From Perkinsus chesapeaki ATCC PRA-425 (lineage: Eukaryota > Protista > Perkinsozoa), in NCBI GenBank assembly GCA_013115145.1, contig JAAPAO010000009.1, forward strand, positions 62,001 to 126,000: a stretch of 64,000 nt of DNA, read 5' to 3'. Numbering within the stretch: position 1 is the first letter of the stretch; every line of letters begins with the position of its first letter. The notes beneath the pieces are model-generated. The model made no database searches, was not told the origin of the DNA, and saw only the letters and a list, made by a program, of their open reading frames with translations. The position numbers and the translations under genes were made by a program. Below are positions 46,201 through 59,590 of the stretch, piece by piece.

Positions 46201-47853
46201 CCGAGAATGGCGGCTATGCGAGCTAGCCTAGGGTACCCTCCAGCCTGCAGCGACAGTGTGGCGCCGGTAACCTATCAGGATGCGCATGCGTGCATGTCAT
46301 ACGCCAGTCATCGCCGTACATCAGTGGCAATGAGCTGATGGAAGGCCCGTTCTAGCGGGTCGGCCTCCACTGGAATGGGAGTGTTGACGTCCGATAGCCA
46401 CGGCCGAAGGTCCTCCACCGCACCGTCTGAAAACGGTATACTAGTAGACCCTTCCCCGCCAACGCTGCCTGGTTGGAATGATAAATGCATGATGAGCAAA
46501 TAACAGTAAATTGAGCCCATTTCAGCCCTCCTCCGTAAAGAGCAAATAAGTGTGACGGTGCATGGGCAGCAGCAGCAGCTGCTGCCCATTGCTAGCTTGC
46601 TTGGATTAGCCGTTTCATTGAGGCCATACGAGCCCGTCCAACCAAATGTGACCTCACCCTCTCGCAGCCCCGACAGGAGGGCAAAGACGCTCTTCTTCCG
46701 AGGAACTCCGATGGCTCCTTCATACGACCGATAGGTGTCAAAGAGCTCAAGCGGCGTTGAAGCCTCGGAGGCCTCAATTGAAGTCAAGGCTGAGAAGCAC
46801 TGCTCGACAAAGGAAGGATCGATGCTCTCTGCGGCCGCCGGTACCACCGGTAAGACCTGCAACCACTTCCGAGACCTGTACTGCTATCGGCAACGGCTAC
46901 CTTCATTCGGTATCGATTCAGTGATGCTTCGACTGGCATGGCCATTCGACCATCTGGTCCTAGACTTGGCCGGAAGGAAAGATGCTGCTGCAGATAGGGC
47001 TAAAGAGGAGGACATGACATAAGGAAGAGGTGCGAGGCTACATGTCTCAACTTGGGCCACTCTCCGAGTAGGGATGGGCCCGTGGTGGCCTCGCTGGTGG
47101 TCATGTCATAGTAGCTGGGCTTGTAGGCAGCGAATGCCCCAGGCTGGGAGCGACCTATGGCCAAGGGCTCACCAGAGGCACACCTGCACAGTAGGAAAAA
47201 ATGGGCGAAAGAGCTGGTACGGTGCTACTTGGTGGACTTGGGATCGCCGATGGTTGCCGGCTCCTCCTCTTCCTCTCCTACACTAGCCTGACCACCTTCA
47301 AACATATCCTCATCGTCGGATATCCCTCCACTTGCTCCGTCCACAGAGGTCGACGGATCCAAGACCTGCCATAAGGCCGATATGCACGCGGGGCTAGGGG
47401 AAGTGTCACAACGTCCTTCATTCTGTCAAGCAAAATCACGTACTTAATTCGGCTCTCTAGTACGTGGAACCGGGCGTCAATATGACCCTCAGAAACAGAA
47501 GGAGGCTGGCCAAAGCAGGCTGCATGTTATCGACAGAAATCCACCAACGCCCAGAGAGGAGCGGAGCGATTACAACAGACAACTGCGACTGGTTACAGCG
47601 ATAAGGTTACCGAGACACTCGCAAAGATGCTCCCACCAAAAGCGTGGGATAGACTGTGGGACCGTCAGATGATCATCTCCCTCCTTCCGTCCTCCTCCAC
47701 TATTACCGTTCCCTTCAATAGTTTATCCCACTCTCCGGTGGCCATGGTCCTCGTAGCCTTGCCACCTTCCATAGGGCTGCGGTCAAACTCGTCCTCGCCA
47801 TCGGAAGAGGACATGTCAGCATCCCAGAGGGCATCGACGCCGAACCGAGCCAT
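43215..47853 (-). CDS. Large multi-exon hypothetical protein
   Basis: Chain of minus-strand protein-like exons from MARFGVDALWDADMSSSDGEDE to ...EEDIARETVPEITA*; no motif recognised; could be more than one gene. Confidence 0.45.
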
Positions 47854-47942
47854 TGAACAGTGATCCACTGACGAATGATTGGCCCCATTTTCGGAAAACT
47901 CAACGCTCCGCTGTGTTAAGTAACTCCAGGTCGCCCCCCCCT

Positions 47943-48379
47943 TCACTTGGCGGGCTCAATCCGGTTCACTCCGCCCTGAGCCAGCTCCTTACGGCACATA
48001 TCCGTAAGACCCTAAAAGGTCACAATTCTCGCGCGCCAAGAAACTACTATTACCTTTGTAAACATATCGGGCAGATGGATGTACCGTACCACACTTCCCC
48101 TGATAAAGCAGTTCCGCAATGACAGCAGATGAGGGTACTAAAAGGCGAAGGGTACCACCACAGTGGCTACCGTCCTCGTACCTGTTCGGGGTTGTTTATC
48201 GTGATATTCGTCAGCTTCACGTTGAAGTACTGATCCACCGCCTGCAGAGTGCCTGCCGAGGTCCTTCCTAACGCAAAGAGGGTATTACTAGTACCGGTGA
48301 TTTGGATGTCATTTTTCATCTCCACTGTCACCTGGGCACCGTTGTCCACCAAGCTTTGGAAGAAGTCGAAGAACAACAT
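47943..48379 (-). CDS. LSM2: U6 snRNA-associated Sm-like protein LSm2 (4 exons)
   Basis: MLFFDFFQSLVDNGAQVTVEMKNDIQITG-TLQAVDQYFNVKLTNI...-YPHLLSLRNCFIRGSVVRYIHLP. Confidence 0.95.
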
Positions 48380-48629
48380 CGCGCCCAACACCAATAGCTG
48401 TACTTAATTAGATCACTGTGAGAACTCAATATCTTATATGTAAGCAAACAGAGCGTAGAAGGGGTCCGGATGGCGCCCCAATCTACACCATGAAGATAAC
48501 GGAACCGGTAGGCAAGCATAAAAGGCCGCGCTGTCCTCTCGACGCAATAAATCATTATATTGGCGGCCTAGAGCGAGCGAGAGATACAGAGGGCTGCTAT
48601 AGATATACAGGAAAGTAACAAACAGAATG

Positions 48630-50144
48630 CTAAGCCGCCACCATCATCATCAGCGATGATGGTAGTTGGCCCGCTGCCATATCGTCACCGGTTGCCTCTG
48701 GGCACTGAGAGCCATGAAGCCGTGGTAGGCTAACTACCTTACCATCATACACTTTGCTATCATTATATATGAACAACTTCAGGGGGGGCATGTGGCCCTT
48801 TGATACAAAGCGAAAATGACCATCCAAACCACACCGCCGGGACGGCAGGTTACCAGAAAATGGCACAAAACTAGTATTAAGCTCAATAATATTGTTTTCT
48901 CCTCCTTTTTCTCTCCGTAGGGTCCCCTATAAAACTGGCATGTTACAGAGTAGCAAGACGTCACGTCTTCCAAGAACGATAGCAGTAATATCAGCATCTC
49001 GAATGTCCCCAAAAGACAATGGGGGAGCAACCAATGGCAGCAGGAGTGTATAGCTTTTTTTATTATGAATTTCAATGGTAGTGACTATTAATGGTAGTAT
49101 AGATGACAATAAATTATTGGACGCCAAAACCTGAAGGCGATGGGGCACCAGGGGAAAGCGAAACCACCTAAAATCAAACTGCCTCCACCACCACCAACAA
49201 CCACCACCCAACTCGTCACCTCAAGTGTTTCAAAATGCTGGGACCGCTGCGATGGCCGGCACCGAAGCGGCATCTTCCCCTGATTCCATCAGTAAAGTGA
49301 TAGGACTTTGACCGACCTCAACGGCGCTATTCAGGTTACAAAATATTACGGATCCACTACCTAACCCAGTATCGCCTCCAACTCAGACTACCTTGCCCTT
49401 CTATTACCCGCCGAAGATTCCCTTCTAAAATAAACTCCCTTTTTATCAACTGAAGGACCACAGGTGACCTCCACCTCGTCCTGACGTCCACATTGAATTT
49501 TTTGTTTTTTATGTGGTGGTTCTGAAATTTCTTCATCCTCTGCCTCGGTGACAACTTCGTCGCTAGAGGTGTCAGAAATAATGTCATCATACGGTATAGA
49601 GATAGTAGCATAATTTTTTGTTGGGGTGACTTCACCGATCTTCGCAGCATCAAGCAAATCTTCATCACAGCAGCAGCAGCCGTTAGTGTACACTGGAGCT
49701 TCAGCGGCCTCGCCCTCAGCCAGGCCAACTGATTCCTTCCTTGCTTCAGCCTCAGGTACTGAGCATGCCAACGCGGCAGCAGTAGCAGCCCTCTCCTTGG
49801 TAACAAACGACGGCTCTTCAAAACCCTTACTGGCAATTTTCAGACCAAGGCCGAGACTTTGTGCCTGAACGGCGGAGCGAAGCAGTTCACGAATTACGTT
49901 TTTCCTATGGCAACGGTAAGACCTTGCGATTTAAGAGCTCCAAAAGAGGCTCCTGTTGCTTATTAAGGTGAGCCCTGCCTTCCTCTGTCTGCATCATGCC
50001 CAGAAGTGTCGAGCCACATGTTGGTCCGACCTCTGGCAGTGGCTTTAGGCAGCAGCTGACTCCATCCGGGCCCAGCTTCGATGACACATCGCAAAACTTA
50101 TTGAGAACATGAGAAGTAGTAGTAGAAGCGAAGGTGCAGACCAT
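48630..50144 (-). CDS. Multi-exon hypothetical protein
   Basis: Exons 49905-50144, about 49388-49860 (acidic, PPHKKQK NLS-like) and Cys-containing 3' exons; structure uncertain. Confidence 0.4.
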
Positions 50145-50921
50145 GAAGGAGTGAAATAATGATTGCTATAAGGGATCCCATACCGATAATGCTAACGCGA
50201 CTTCTATAACGGGACAGTTGTTGACAAAAGCATGGTTCATGATGCCGGTGGTGATTAAACATGATTGGTAAATTGGTTTAGGGGCTCTACGAGGCCTCAA
50301 GGGCACCATCGTCCTCTCGACGATGGATGCCATGACCGGCCACCTTGGGTCGGTAGAAAGTAGCCTTCATAGTGCCTCTAGCATTTCCACCAGGCGCACC
50401 TGATAGGTCTTGGTGAAGCTCAGATCAGAGGGCACAGGTTCGGCCCTCAGGCCAAGCATTTTGACGGAAATGCTTCACTACCAGCGGAAAGATTCTTCTT
50501 AGGTCGAGGTTCCCTCTCCTTCTCAACTGTCCATCCGATCTCCATTGCTGAAGTCACCGGACCTCCCGCGAAGCGCTGAGCGCGAAATATTCACTGATGC
50601 CAAAAATGCCAACACGCAACGCGCCAGAACCCGTTCTGAATTCAAACGAGTACATCACAGACGTTCTATGATGCTTAATGATTAGTACTACAGGAAGTAC
50701 CGAATGACCACTATTAATAATGTCATGAAAGTTGACAAGATATTATCTAGTAATCGATAATAATATTACATGTACTAAGACGCTTAATGCCGATTGCCAT
50801 GTTATACCATACGTTACGATGTCCATCGCTACCTGCTGTGGTTCCGTGAGCTTCCGATACTGGAGGTAGCCTCGTCTCCCCTCCTCCACTCGGCTGACAC
50901 CGTGCACCAGGAGCTCCTCGG

Positions 50922-51917
50922 CTATGCGATCTGCAGCACCATTTTCAGGGAAATCATTCGAGGGGACTCAGCCGGCCTACGCGGAGATTCTGTCTCAATT
51001 AACTCAGGACGGGGAACTTTTTTGGAAGAGAATTCGCAGTAGGGCGACGGAGAGAGACCAAACCTCTGTAGAAAGAGATTGAACAGGCCAGCTGAGGCCA
51101 AACCAACCTGCTCTAGGAACCTCGTCGACGAGCTCTTCGGCGGAGGGTTAGGCTCCTGAACGGCACCAATACTCACCGACCAAGCGATGCCTGCACCCAC
51201 TGTAGGATCTGGCCTTTCGGTTGCACCAGGATCTAGCTTAGCCAAATACTTAGCCTTGCACGGATCAGCATTGAGACCAATCCACATAGTGGACCCACGG
51301 CCTGCGGAGGGCTTATAAGCACTGAGGGGTTACTAATCAGGAGCTCACCGTCGAACTTATAACGAGATTCAATTTTTTGTCCACTTTTCTTGTACTCATC
51401 AAACGCCTGAAAATATTCACTCCAGCGCCTCCGACCTGGTCCGACCGACCATGTCGAAATTTCAAGTGCGTGATCCAAGGCCCCAAATAAGATCAAGAAC
51501 TCTTCGGCAAAGTCACCAGTGGTACATCCACAAGTGGAAACCGATAACAACGTATTTGGACAGCGACTGGCGCCCTCCAAGCCAGACTCATTCTCGCCGG
51601 CGCGCCCCTCAGCGAACTCGAGCAAATGCCCTCTAACATATACTCAAGAGTGTGGTCCAAAGACAGGAAATATTTGCGTGCATTCCGAGCCAAACGGCTA
51701 CATAACCGACGGCGGCGGTGGTGGAACACAACGGACAACTGGCTTGAACCGTTCGTTGAGCCAGGGCGCTTTTCAGTACGAAGAGCTCCCTTGGAAGAAC
51801 AGCAGCACGAGCATAGCGTAAAGTTACATGTTGGATCCACTTCCGTTGTTGAGCTCTCTCCTTGTCAAATATCTCCTGCCACGCCTTCATCTCATTCATG
51901 GTCTTCCCAGCCGACAT
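50922..51917 (-). CDS. Hypothetical protein
   Basis: MSAGKTMNEMKAWQEIFDKERAQQRKWIQH exon followed by a GT donor and further ORF pieces; exon chain not resolved. Confidence 0.3.
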
Positions 51918-52837
51918 GTGGTTCTCCTAGGGAAGCTGTAAATATCTACACGACTCTACTTATCGACTAACTTATCATTGTTCAACTCATACAGTGTACA
52001 TTGGTACAGAGACGGATGCTATATGATTTCCTAGTACAGTCGGAGACTAATACTGCGCCATTCCTGATAGTGGCAGGACACCAGGCTCTATCAGCGAACA
52101 AGTAGTCTCTGGCAAGCAGCCCAAAGGGCTATCTCAGTTATAAACAGAGGAGATCTACCGCAATGGGTAGAGGCGACTACTTGGGGCTTACTACACTGAT
52201 GGGCTGGGACTCTGACTACATCAAGACACCTAAGGGGGAGGAGGACAGCAACTACCTTCAACAAGGAACTGAAATAGTCTGCTGCTAGCAACCTTATAAA
52301 AGGTGGGCAAGAAAGTTAAGATTTATGCCAGACCACCGCTGGATGCGTTGAACTCCACTGCGACGCAGCGGCCAGGGCAGGTAATTGGCAATGGTATAGG
52401 AGCCTGGCTACTGGTCGTCGTCAGTGGATGCTAAACATCATCACAACGACACTGAACATAAACACGTAAAGCACTGCGTAGTTGATCACCAGCGACGTAC
52501 ACTGGTACACCTTTAAGGACCAAGAAGGGATATCAGTACAGACGACAGGAGGCACGACTTGGGCTCTAGTCAACTTCATTTGACCAGCGGACATGGGCAC
52601 CGTTGGAGGACTTCTCTTATGGTAAGCTCGGCACGCCCAACAGTGTCCGTCCTCCACTGTATCGAACGAGTTGTTGACTGACCGCACACCAATCGTGCTT
52701 GAGGAACACTAACCTGTTTACCGATATAAGGGGATAGCGCAGCTAAAAGCCAGCATACAGTATGCTGGCAAATGCCGCGAAAGTGATAGGAATAAAAACC
52801 TATAAATGGACTCAAAAAAGAAGTACGACAGCTACTC

Positions 52838-54250
52838 CTATGACGAGAGTAGCGCGCACTCCTCAGGCGCTGCCGGCGGGTCAACAGTCTTATAGAGAGT
52901 TAACGCCGATCCGAGCAACGCCACGAGCATGAGGAATATCAACGAGAGACTCCTCAGTGTAGCCCGCTTTGAGCCAAAGTTCCCTTCAGCCTTGGCCAAC
53001 TCTTTATCCTCGTAACTGCGAGCAGTTAAGTACCTCAACCTCATATAAAAGAGAGGGGGGAAGATGAGATGGACCAATGTATAGGTGACGGCTGATAAGT
53101 AATCAACCAGCAGTGAAAAATTAGGTACCGTAATCGCAATGACTGCGGTAATTACAACTAGTAGGCTACGAAGACTGCAGGTGGCGATCAAAGTGGGCCA
53201 CTTTCCCCACTTCTCCGCTCTCGGCGAGCCGTCTTCCAACCCGGCAAGGACCTCGATGGCCCTGCAGGATGGATGTAGCAAAACAGCATAGTGCGTAGCG
53301 CACAATACAACGATGCTTACAAAAGATATGTAACCCCACACATCCTTCTTCATAGCATCCAAGACGTTATCATAGCATAGGAGGCTTTGGCCCCAGCCAA
53401 GATAGGCAGCACAGGTCACAATTGCGTAAACAACGACAAGCGTAGCGAAAGCAAAAAAGAAAACCTTGGGAGCATGTGTTGGATTGCGCATATCGTGGAC
53501 CACAGTGGTCGTGCCGCAAGTTACTGAATAAGAGAAAGAAAACGTGGTGTAAGCCGCAATAATGGTAAGAGGTTGCGGCACACCGATTTCGTAATCTACA
53601 TCACCATCGTTCTTGGCAGCCTGGACGAAACCGGCCACAGAAAGACCGACAACAGATACGATAATCGAAGCTACACCGATGGTGCTCGAAACGTATCCGA
53701 TCTCACGCATGGTCTTCAGCCAGTTGACCGGCAGCAGGATGATAGTCCAAATGATAACCCACATGGTGACAGAAATACCGTCGTAGATGTGATAGGAGTT
53801 TTGGCCTAGTAGGAGGATGAGGACACAGGAGGTACCGATGAGGGAGATGTGAAGGCAAACAGCGACGATAGCCTTTCCGACTTTGCCGAATGCAGCTTCG
53901 CCAACTTCCTCGTACGCAGGTACATACTCCATCCCCAAATGCAAGGCCATAACCCTACATCTGTATAGAAGGTAAACCATTAACCAGCCAACCGCAGCGC
54001 ATACGAGCAGGAGAATGATGCCTGGCAGGTATCCCACACTGGCGGTGGCTTTGGACAGTGCCAACATACCGACGCCAACAGCAGTCATAACGACATTGAA
54101 GATGGCGGTGAAGTCGGGGGTGCCGTCGGCCTTCCCCTCGTTCTTCCCCACCACTTCTCCGTCAGAATACTCAGAGCATGACGAGAGGTCAAACTCTTTA
54201 GTGCTACTGCTGGTAGAGTCGTTATAGGATTTGCTGGATGAACTTGACAT
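52838..54250 (-). CDS. AAAP-family amino acid transporter, intronless paralog of 41553-43094
   Basis: GTPDFTAIFNVVMTAVGVGML, PVNWLKTMREIGY, TTTVVHDMRNPTHAPKVF, HYAVLLHPSCRAIE shared with the first copy. Confidence 0.92.
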   Translation of the reverse strand: MSSSSSKSYNDSTSSSTKEFDLSSCSEYSDGEVVGKNEGKADGTPDFTAIFNVVMTAVGVGMLALSKATASVGYLPGIILLLVCAAVGWLMVYLLYRCRVMALHLGMEYVPAYEEVGEAAFGKVGKAIVAVCLHISLIGTSCVLILLLGQNSYHIYDGISVTMWVIIWTIILLPVNWLKTMREIGYVSSTIGVASIIVSVVGLSVAGFVQAAKNDGDVDYEIGVPQPLTIIAAYTTFSFSYSVTCGTTTVVHDMRNPTHAPKVFFFAFATLVVVYAIVTCAAYLGWGQSLLCYDNVLDAMKKDVWGYISFVSIVVLCATHYAVLLHPSCRAIEVLAGLEDGSPRAEKWGKWPTLIATCSLRSLLVVITAVIAITVPNFSLLVDYLSAVTYTLVHLIFPPLFYMRLRYLTARSYEDKELAKAEGNFGSKRATLRSLSLIFLMLVALLGSALTLYKTVDPPAAPEECALLSS

Positions 54251-54397
54251 GATGATGATGGCGATGTGGTAATTGCCGTTTACCGGCCGAGCTATCACCG
54301 ATTTCGCATCGCTCCGCCGAAAAGAAAAAGCGCTCGCCTCGAAATTCGTCGCGGATGCCGAAAGTTCGTACAGATCCTTATTGGCTTGAACGACAGA

Positions 54398-55638
54398 ATG
54401 AGCCTTTTAACGAGGACCTTCAACCGCTTCATCGGTTCGCCATCTGTGGCCAGCCGAGTGGCCCCAGCTTTGAATAAGCAGCAAAGCAGATGGTGAGTTT
54501 CATGGGGGAAAAGTTACCGGGGTCAACGTTTATTGACCTGGGTGGCGTATCTTGTCGAGGTCGAATGCAAGCAGGAATCGACCTCTATAAGAATCTTAAG
54601 ATCAACCCTCGTAATTTCCATAGCATATCTCGGAATCTTTCCGTAGACACTTTTAAAGCTCGAGGATACTCGTTTTGTGTCATCGGAGCATCTTTGCTTC
54701 TCTCAGGTATCGCCATTGGCACCGTATGTCCGAGGACGACTGGGCCCTACCCTTGGACTCCATGCCCGAAGACGTTAAGACCCTTATGTCCACCCCGCAG
54801 ACCGACAGGGGCTTTGTAGAGGACTACTGGTCAGCTCCTCTTCTATGGGTCTCGTTAACTTGGTGTGTAGGTATAATAGGATTCGCGGCGAAGCTACCCT
54901 CCTCGACCCGGAGGCGTTGCCGTCCAAGAGCTACATTGACCTGGCCAGAGACATGGGCCTCCAGATCGTCGACGAGCCTTCAAGCCACATGATGGGCCTG
55001 ATTGAGCTGTAACCGGTGTAGATATTCTCCCGAGGCCTATCGCGTTTCACAGATACGAGTACCTGAGAGGCGCCTCTTTTGTTGGGCCATTTGGCACTAT
55101 AGAGAACCCCGTACTTGTACCCGCTGTGGGACAGGAGCGTGTTGTGGCCTGTACTGGTGGCATCGGTGATGAGGAGCACTTCACGCTGTGGTTCAGATGC
55201 AGGTGGGCCCTTCGGGGCTTTATTATTATGATTATCATTTTGTCCGATTCTACTCTTGTGACCTCCTCCTCAGAGAAGGCTTCATGTACCGCTGCGGCGA
55301 ATGTGATCAAATCTTCATGCTGGTTCGACTCTACTACGAGGATCGTTACTGGACTCAGACGCTTGTTAGGGACACCTTTATGTCGGTAAGTCCAGCGGTA
55401 GCCATGGGAAAACGCCATACCTGAACTATCAGGACGGAGATATGTTCGATCTGAAGACTCTGGAAAGAGTCCATAAGATGTGGAACAAGGACGAGATGGT
55501 CAGGTGGGAGGTAAGGAAAATATTTAGCGGAGCGAAGCAGATATTTTCCCCTGAAAGGTTGGCTACTGGGCCCAGGATTACGTCCTTGGCAAGGGTGTCC
55601 TGCCTGGTATGGTGGAGGAGCACACTCGTGTGAACTAA
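54398..55638 (+). CDS. COX5B: Cytochrome c oxidase subunit 5b (myzozoan type), multi-exon
   Basis: Arg/Ser-rich mitochondrial presequence; [26 protein letters not shown]...[21 protein letters not shown] zinc-binding motif. Confidence 0.9.
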
Positions 55639-55886
55639 AGCAGCAATTTGGATGCCACCGCCGCCGCCGAAGTCTTGTTCTTTTTCCGATACAATTGTTA
55701 TTATGGTACAGCGTTTGAGTGGAGGCTTCCCTTGCCTCCCTCCTTCGCCATATAGACTTAATGGTGGTGACAGTATAGAGAGGATTGCGTAAAGCATGGT
55801 GACGGTTAGTTGGTAGTTTTTATATAGTTGTCGACTTGCGTTGATAGTAGTTGAGGGGGACAGCTGTCGCACAGAGATCAGTCTTG

Positions 55887-58800
55887 ATGGCCACAACGCC
55901 GATAGAGGAGGGCCAAAGTCAGCCTGCGTGGATACGCAGCGTCGATGAGGTCTGCTCCGTTCTAAGAGCAAAACCGGAAAATCTGTAGTACTGGCGGGGG
56001 TGGGGGAGAGGAGATGGACGGTTGTAAGGTATGATGATGATAAGTGCAGTGAAGTGTACAGGAGTGCAGCGACAGCCGCCCAGGAGTTCTACTCGATGCT
56101 GGCCAAAAGCGAGGAGGTTGGGGGTAGGGAGGGGGCGATGAGCATCGGGGCACGGTCATTTTAGGGGCCCTGGGTGACTTGGACGCCTTGGTTGTCGAGG
56201 GCCTGGATATGGACCAGATATGGCAGGAGATGGAGAACCAGCAGAAACCTCTGGAGAAAATTCTTAAGAAAAAAATGAAGTAGGTGGGCAGCGGTCGAGG
56301 GCAGGACCGTGTTGAGCACAGGTTCCTGGAGAAGTTGGCCGCTGGTGACGGGATTAAGCTGGTCGATGTGGAGGAGGAAGAGGCAGCGGCCAGTGATGCC
56401 AGGTAGTGGGGGAAGGGGGATGGGGGAAATGGCGAACGTTGTTAGTACCGAGGATGATGAAGAGGATGTTGATATGGCGAGCGAGACCAGCTCGGCTTTG
56501 GCGTCGGATAAAGAAGAGGAGGAAGGGGAGGAGGAGAACGAGGAGAGGAATAGCAAGGGTAGTGATGGGCGAGGGGACTTGCCAATAGCCACTTGAGGGT
56601 TGACATGGAGCGGGCCGAGCCATATTCATCAACTGCTGTTAGGAAACAATGCTGTATACAGTCAAGTTGGCTGCAGATTGCCGTCCTTATTCATCTTAAC
56701 CTAATTAGTATCTTACGGTTTCACTTCGTTACTTATACGTGACGTATATGCACGTATAATACGGACGTATAATACGTCCCACTGCGGGTGCATTTCTGTG
56801 CGGAGTGGTCGAGTGGTAAAATCCCTCTGTGCAGGGACCAAAACCTCAGCGGTGGATGAGGGCTTCTTCAAGTTGTCGGACATGAAGGACTTCCTCGATA
56901 TGGAGGATAAGAGAGATGCCGATAGGGCAGCTAAACATAAGGTAATTTAGTGGCGCGTGACTCTACAGCATTACCTGCCATGCAGAGCGAACATAAGGAG
57001 GGAGATGACGATGAGGATGATGATGAGGAGGAGTGGGGCGAAGACGACGAGTTCATGGACTTGGAAAAGCCTATTGCCGATGATGGTAGAAAGAATCGTC
57101 GGGGCCGTGGAGTATCTTTACGCACTATGTAGATTCTGAGGAGGAAGATGTAGGCAAGGTTATGTACAGTGACTTCTTCGATGCCCCCGAAGAAGGCGAT
57201 GCAGCGCCGCCGCCGGTTGGCAAGTAGGACCCGGGGCTCTGAGCGCTGGGAGGGGGAAACGATGGGGGTCTCAGGATACATGGGGATGAGTCAGAGTCGG
57301 AAGCCTCCACTGGTGATGATGATGACGATGAAGAGGCAGGCCTTGGGCTACCGGAGGGAGAGAATATCGATGACGCGGAAGAGGCAGAGCTGGAAAGAAG
57401 GTTGAAGGAAATGCAAGGGGAGCTAAGCGATGAGGAAGAAGAAGAGGAGGAGGACGGTAGCAAGGGCAGGTGGATTTCAGCATGTCGTTGTCGCGCCGCT
57501 GTCACAGCTGAATTACTGAGCAAATAGAATTGCATCGAATTTCAGATGCTGAGCCACAAAAGGGGGAAGCATCACTTGCCGCTCCTGTCGTAGAGGACTC
57601 TAAGCGATCTGAGACGTCAGCGTTGAAGAGGAAGATAGCAGACATGGAAAAGGAGATAGAAGAGATGGAGCACGAGCAGCTGGATGTAGGGCTGGGAACC
57701 ACAGGAGATTGAGTGTTGTTGTACAGGAGAAGCACTGGACAATGACAGGAGAAGCCACTGCCAGAAGCCGACCGCTGAACTCCCTTCTGGAGCAGAACTT
57801 GGATCTGCCATTCTCGAAGCTGGCGGCGCGTAGGGCGGAGAAGCAATGGGAAGAGGGAGGTAGGCGCCTGGGCTGAACTGGCTCGACTGGTTTCGGTCTC
57901 GCACTGTGATCGAGCGGCATTGGAAAAAGCTTGTGACCTTTTAGACGAAGATGAAGATGAGTTGACTAAGTCTGCCCCTGGAGCCTTCAAGATCGACATC
58001 GACGCTATAATAAAGCAGAGAGTTGCTGATGAGCTTTTCGACGATGTCATTAAGCGCAGCGAAGAGGAGGTAGGCAACAACCAAGAAGGGCAGCCCAGAA
58101 GGAATATATTTTATGCTTCTTCTTGGTCGAGGAACATTTCCCCTCGCAAAATTCCCGTTGCGTTTCCTTTGCATAAGGAGCACTTTTCGATCTCGGCGTA
58201 ACACATTCCTGTGAGTCTAGATGACTTCATGAGGATGACGTCGACTCGGTGGTGGTGGTAGTGAGGTTGTCATGGATGTAGGTCCTCCGGCTGAAGGACA
58301 GTCAGCAGGCCGACGACTCGGTAGAAACCTTGAATTTCCAGAAGTCCCGATTGGGCTTGGCGGACGTGTACGCGAAGCAATACGAGGCCGAGGTGAGATA
58401 TGTTCCAACGCTCGATCTGTCCACCTGTGTGATGTTCAGATGCTCGGACAGCAGACCGATGCGGAGCTCCAGCAGGACGCCGATAGAGTGGAGCTGAGGA
58501 AGCTCTTTGCCAAGTTGATGCACAAGTTGGATACGCTCACTAATCAGAACTTCACTCCTCGACCGGTAATTGGAGGAGCTTCGGTTTAGTCAGCGGGACT
58601 TCTATTATTAATGGCTTCAGTGTCACCTGGACATGCGTATATGTTTTTGATAATAATTAAGAATTTGCCGTGCGCCGCTGAGAAGTGCATCTTTTGGTGT
58701 AACTGGTATGCGTACGAATAGGTTGCTGGAATGAAGTGTGTACATCAATAACAACTACCTTCGCAATAGGCTCACAAGTTCACAAAATCATACTCAGATC

Positions 58801-59590
58801 TTTGGCGAAAGGGAACCGTAGCTGTTTGGAGTTTGGCGCGTCTATCTTGGATAGCGTATTACTCTTATTATAAGATATTTCCTTCTGTTGAAGATGTGGT
58901 CTTCTTTGCACTAGGGACAATCAGCGCTACTTTCCTGTATTTAAAGTGAAGCCCGTTTTAGGTTCTGGACTCGGCCATTTCTAAGGCCGCCAAAGACGGC
59001 GATGCCCCGGCAATCCGAATGGAGGAAGCTGTACCTATTACAGTGGCTGCTGGTAGCACCGAGGGCAATGAGGTAAAGCTGAGGTCGAGAGATGCTTCGC
59101 TCCGCTAGAAACTGGTCCGTTTTTTAGGTTACCAAGGGCCCGGAGAAGCAGAAGGTTAGGGAGGAGATGACGAGCGAGGAGAAGGCAGCGGTTCGCGGCA
59201 ACAGGAAGGCTAAGAGGAAGCAGAAGGCGAAGGAATCTCTAGAAAAGGGTAGAGGCGAGTGCGCATTACATTATTAATGACGCGGTGCAGGTAACGTAAC
59301 CGTCGGCGATAGGAGAGCAAGAGAGGCTAAGTTGATTGAAAAGAACAAAAAGGAGAAGGCGGAGCGAAAGGCCAAGAAGGAGGGCCCGGCCAACGATAGG
59401 TGACCATTCCGCCGCCCAGCAGTAGCCCTTGCAATAGCGTGTGTTCAGAGCCCCCCGTAAGATCCGCACGACAGAGCTTATGGCCGCGGCTGCCGACTCG
59501 GCGGGAAGAGATGTCCGACGGTCAGAAGCCAAGCGAAAGGAGGGCCGCAGCGACGCCACAAGCGGTGGAAGCAAGAGAGTGAAGCTGTAG
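55887..59590 (+). CDS. MPP10: U3 snoRNP protein MPP10, multi-exon
   Basis: GLDMDQIWQEME, DEGFFKLSDMKDFL, YSDFFDAP, KHWTMTGEATARSRPLNSLLE, IIKQRVADELFDDVIKR, KSRLGLADVYAKQY, LMHKLDTLTNQNFTPRP. Confidence 0.93.

Noticed and set aside
55429-55971. 180-aa minus-strand ORF
   Set aside because: Antisense to the COX5B 3' exons and the MPP10 first exon; no motif.
56280-57480. GAR/GAT trinucleotide-rich low-complexity tracts
   Set aside because: They encode the acidic regions expected in MPP10; not an independent repeat element.
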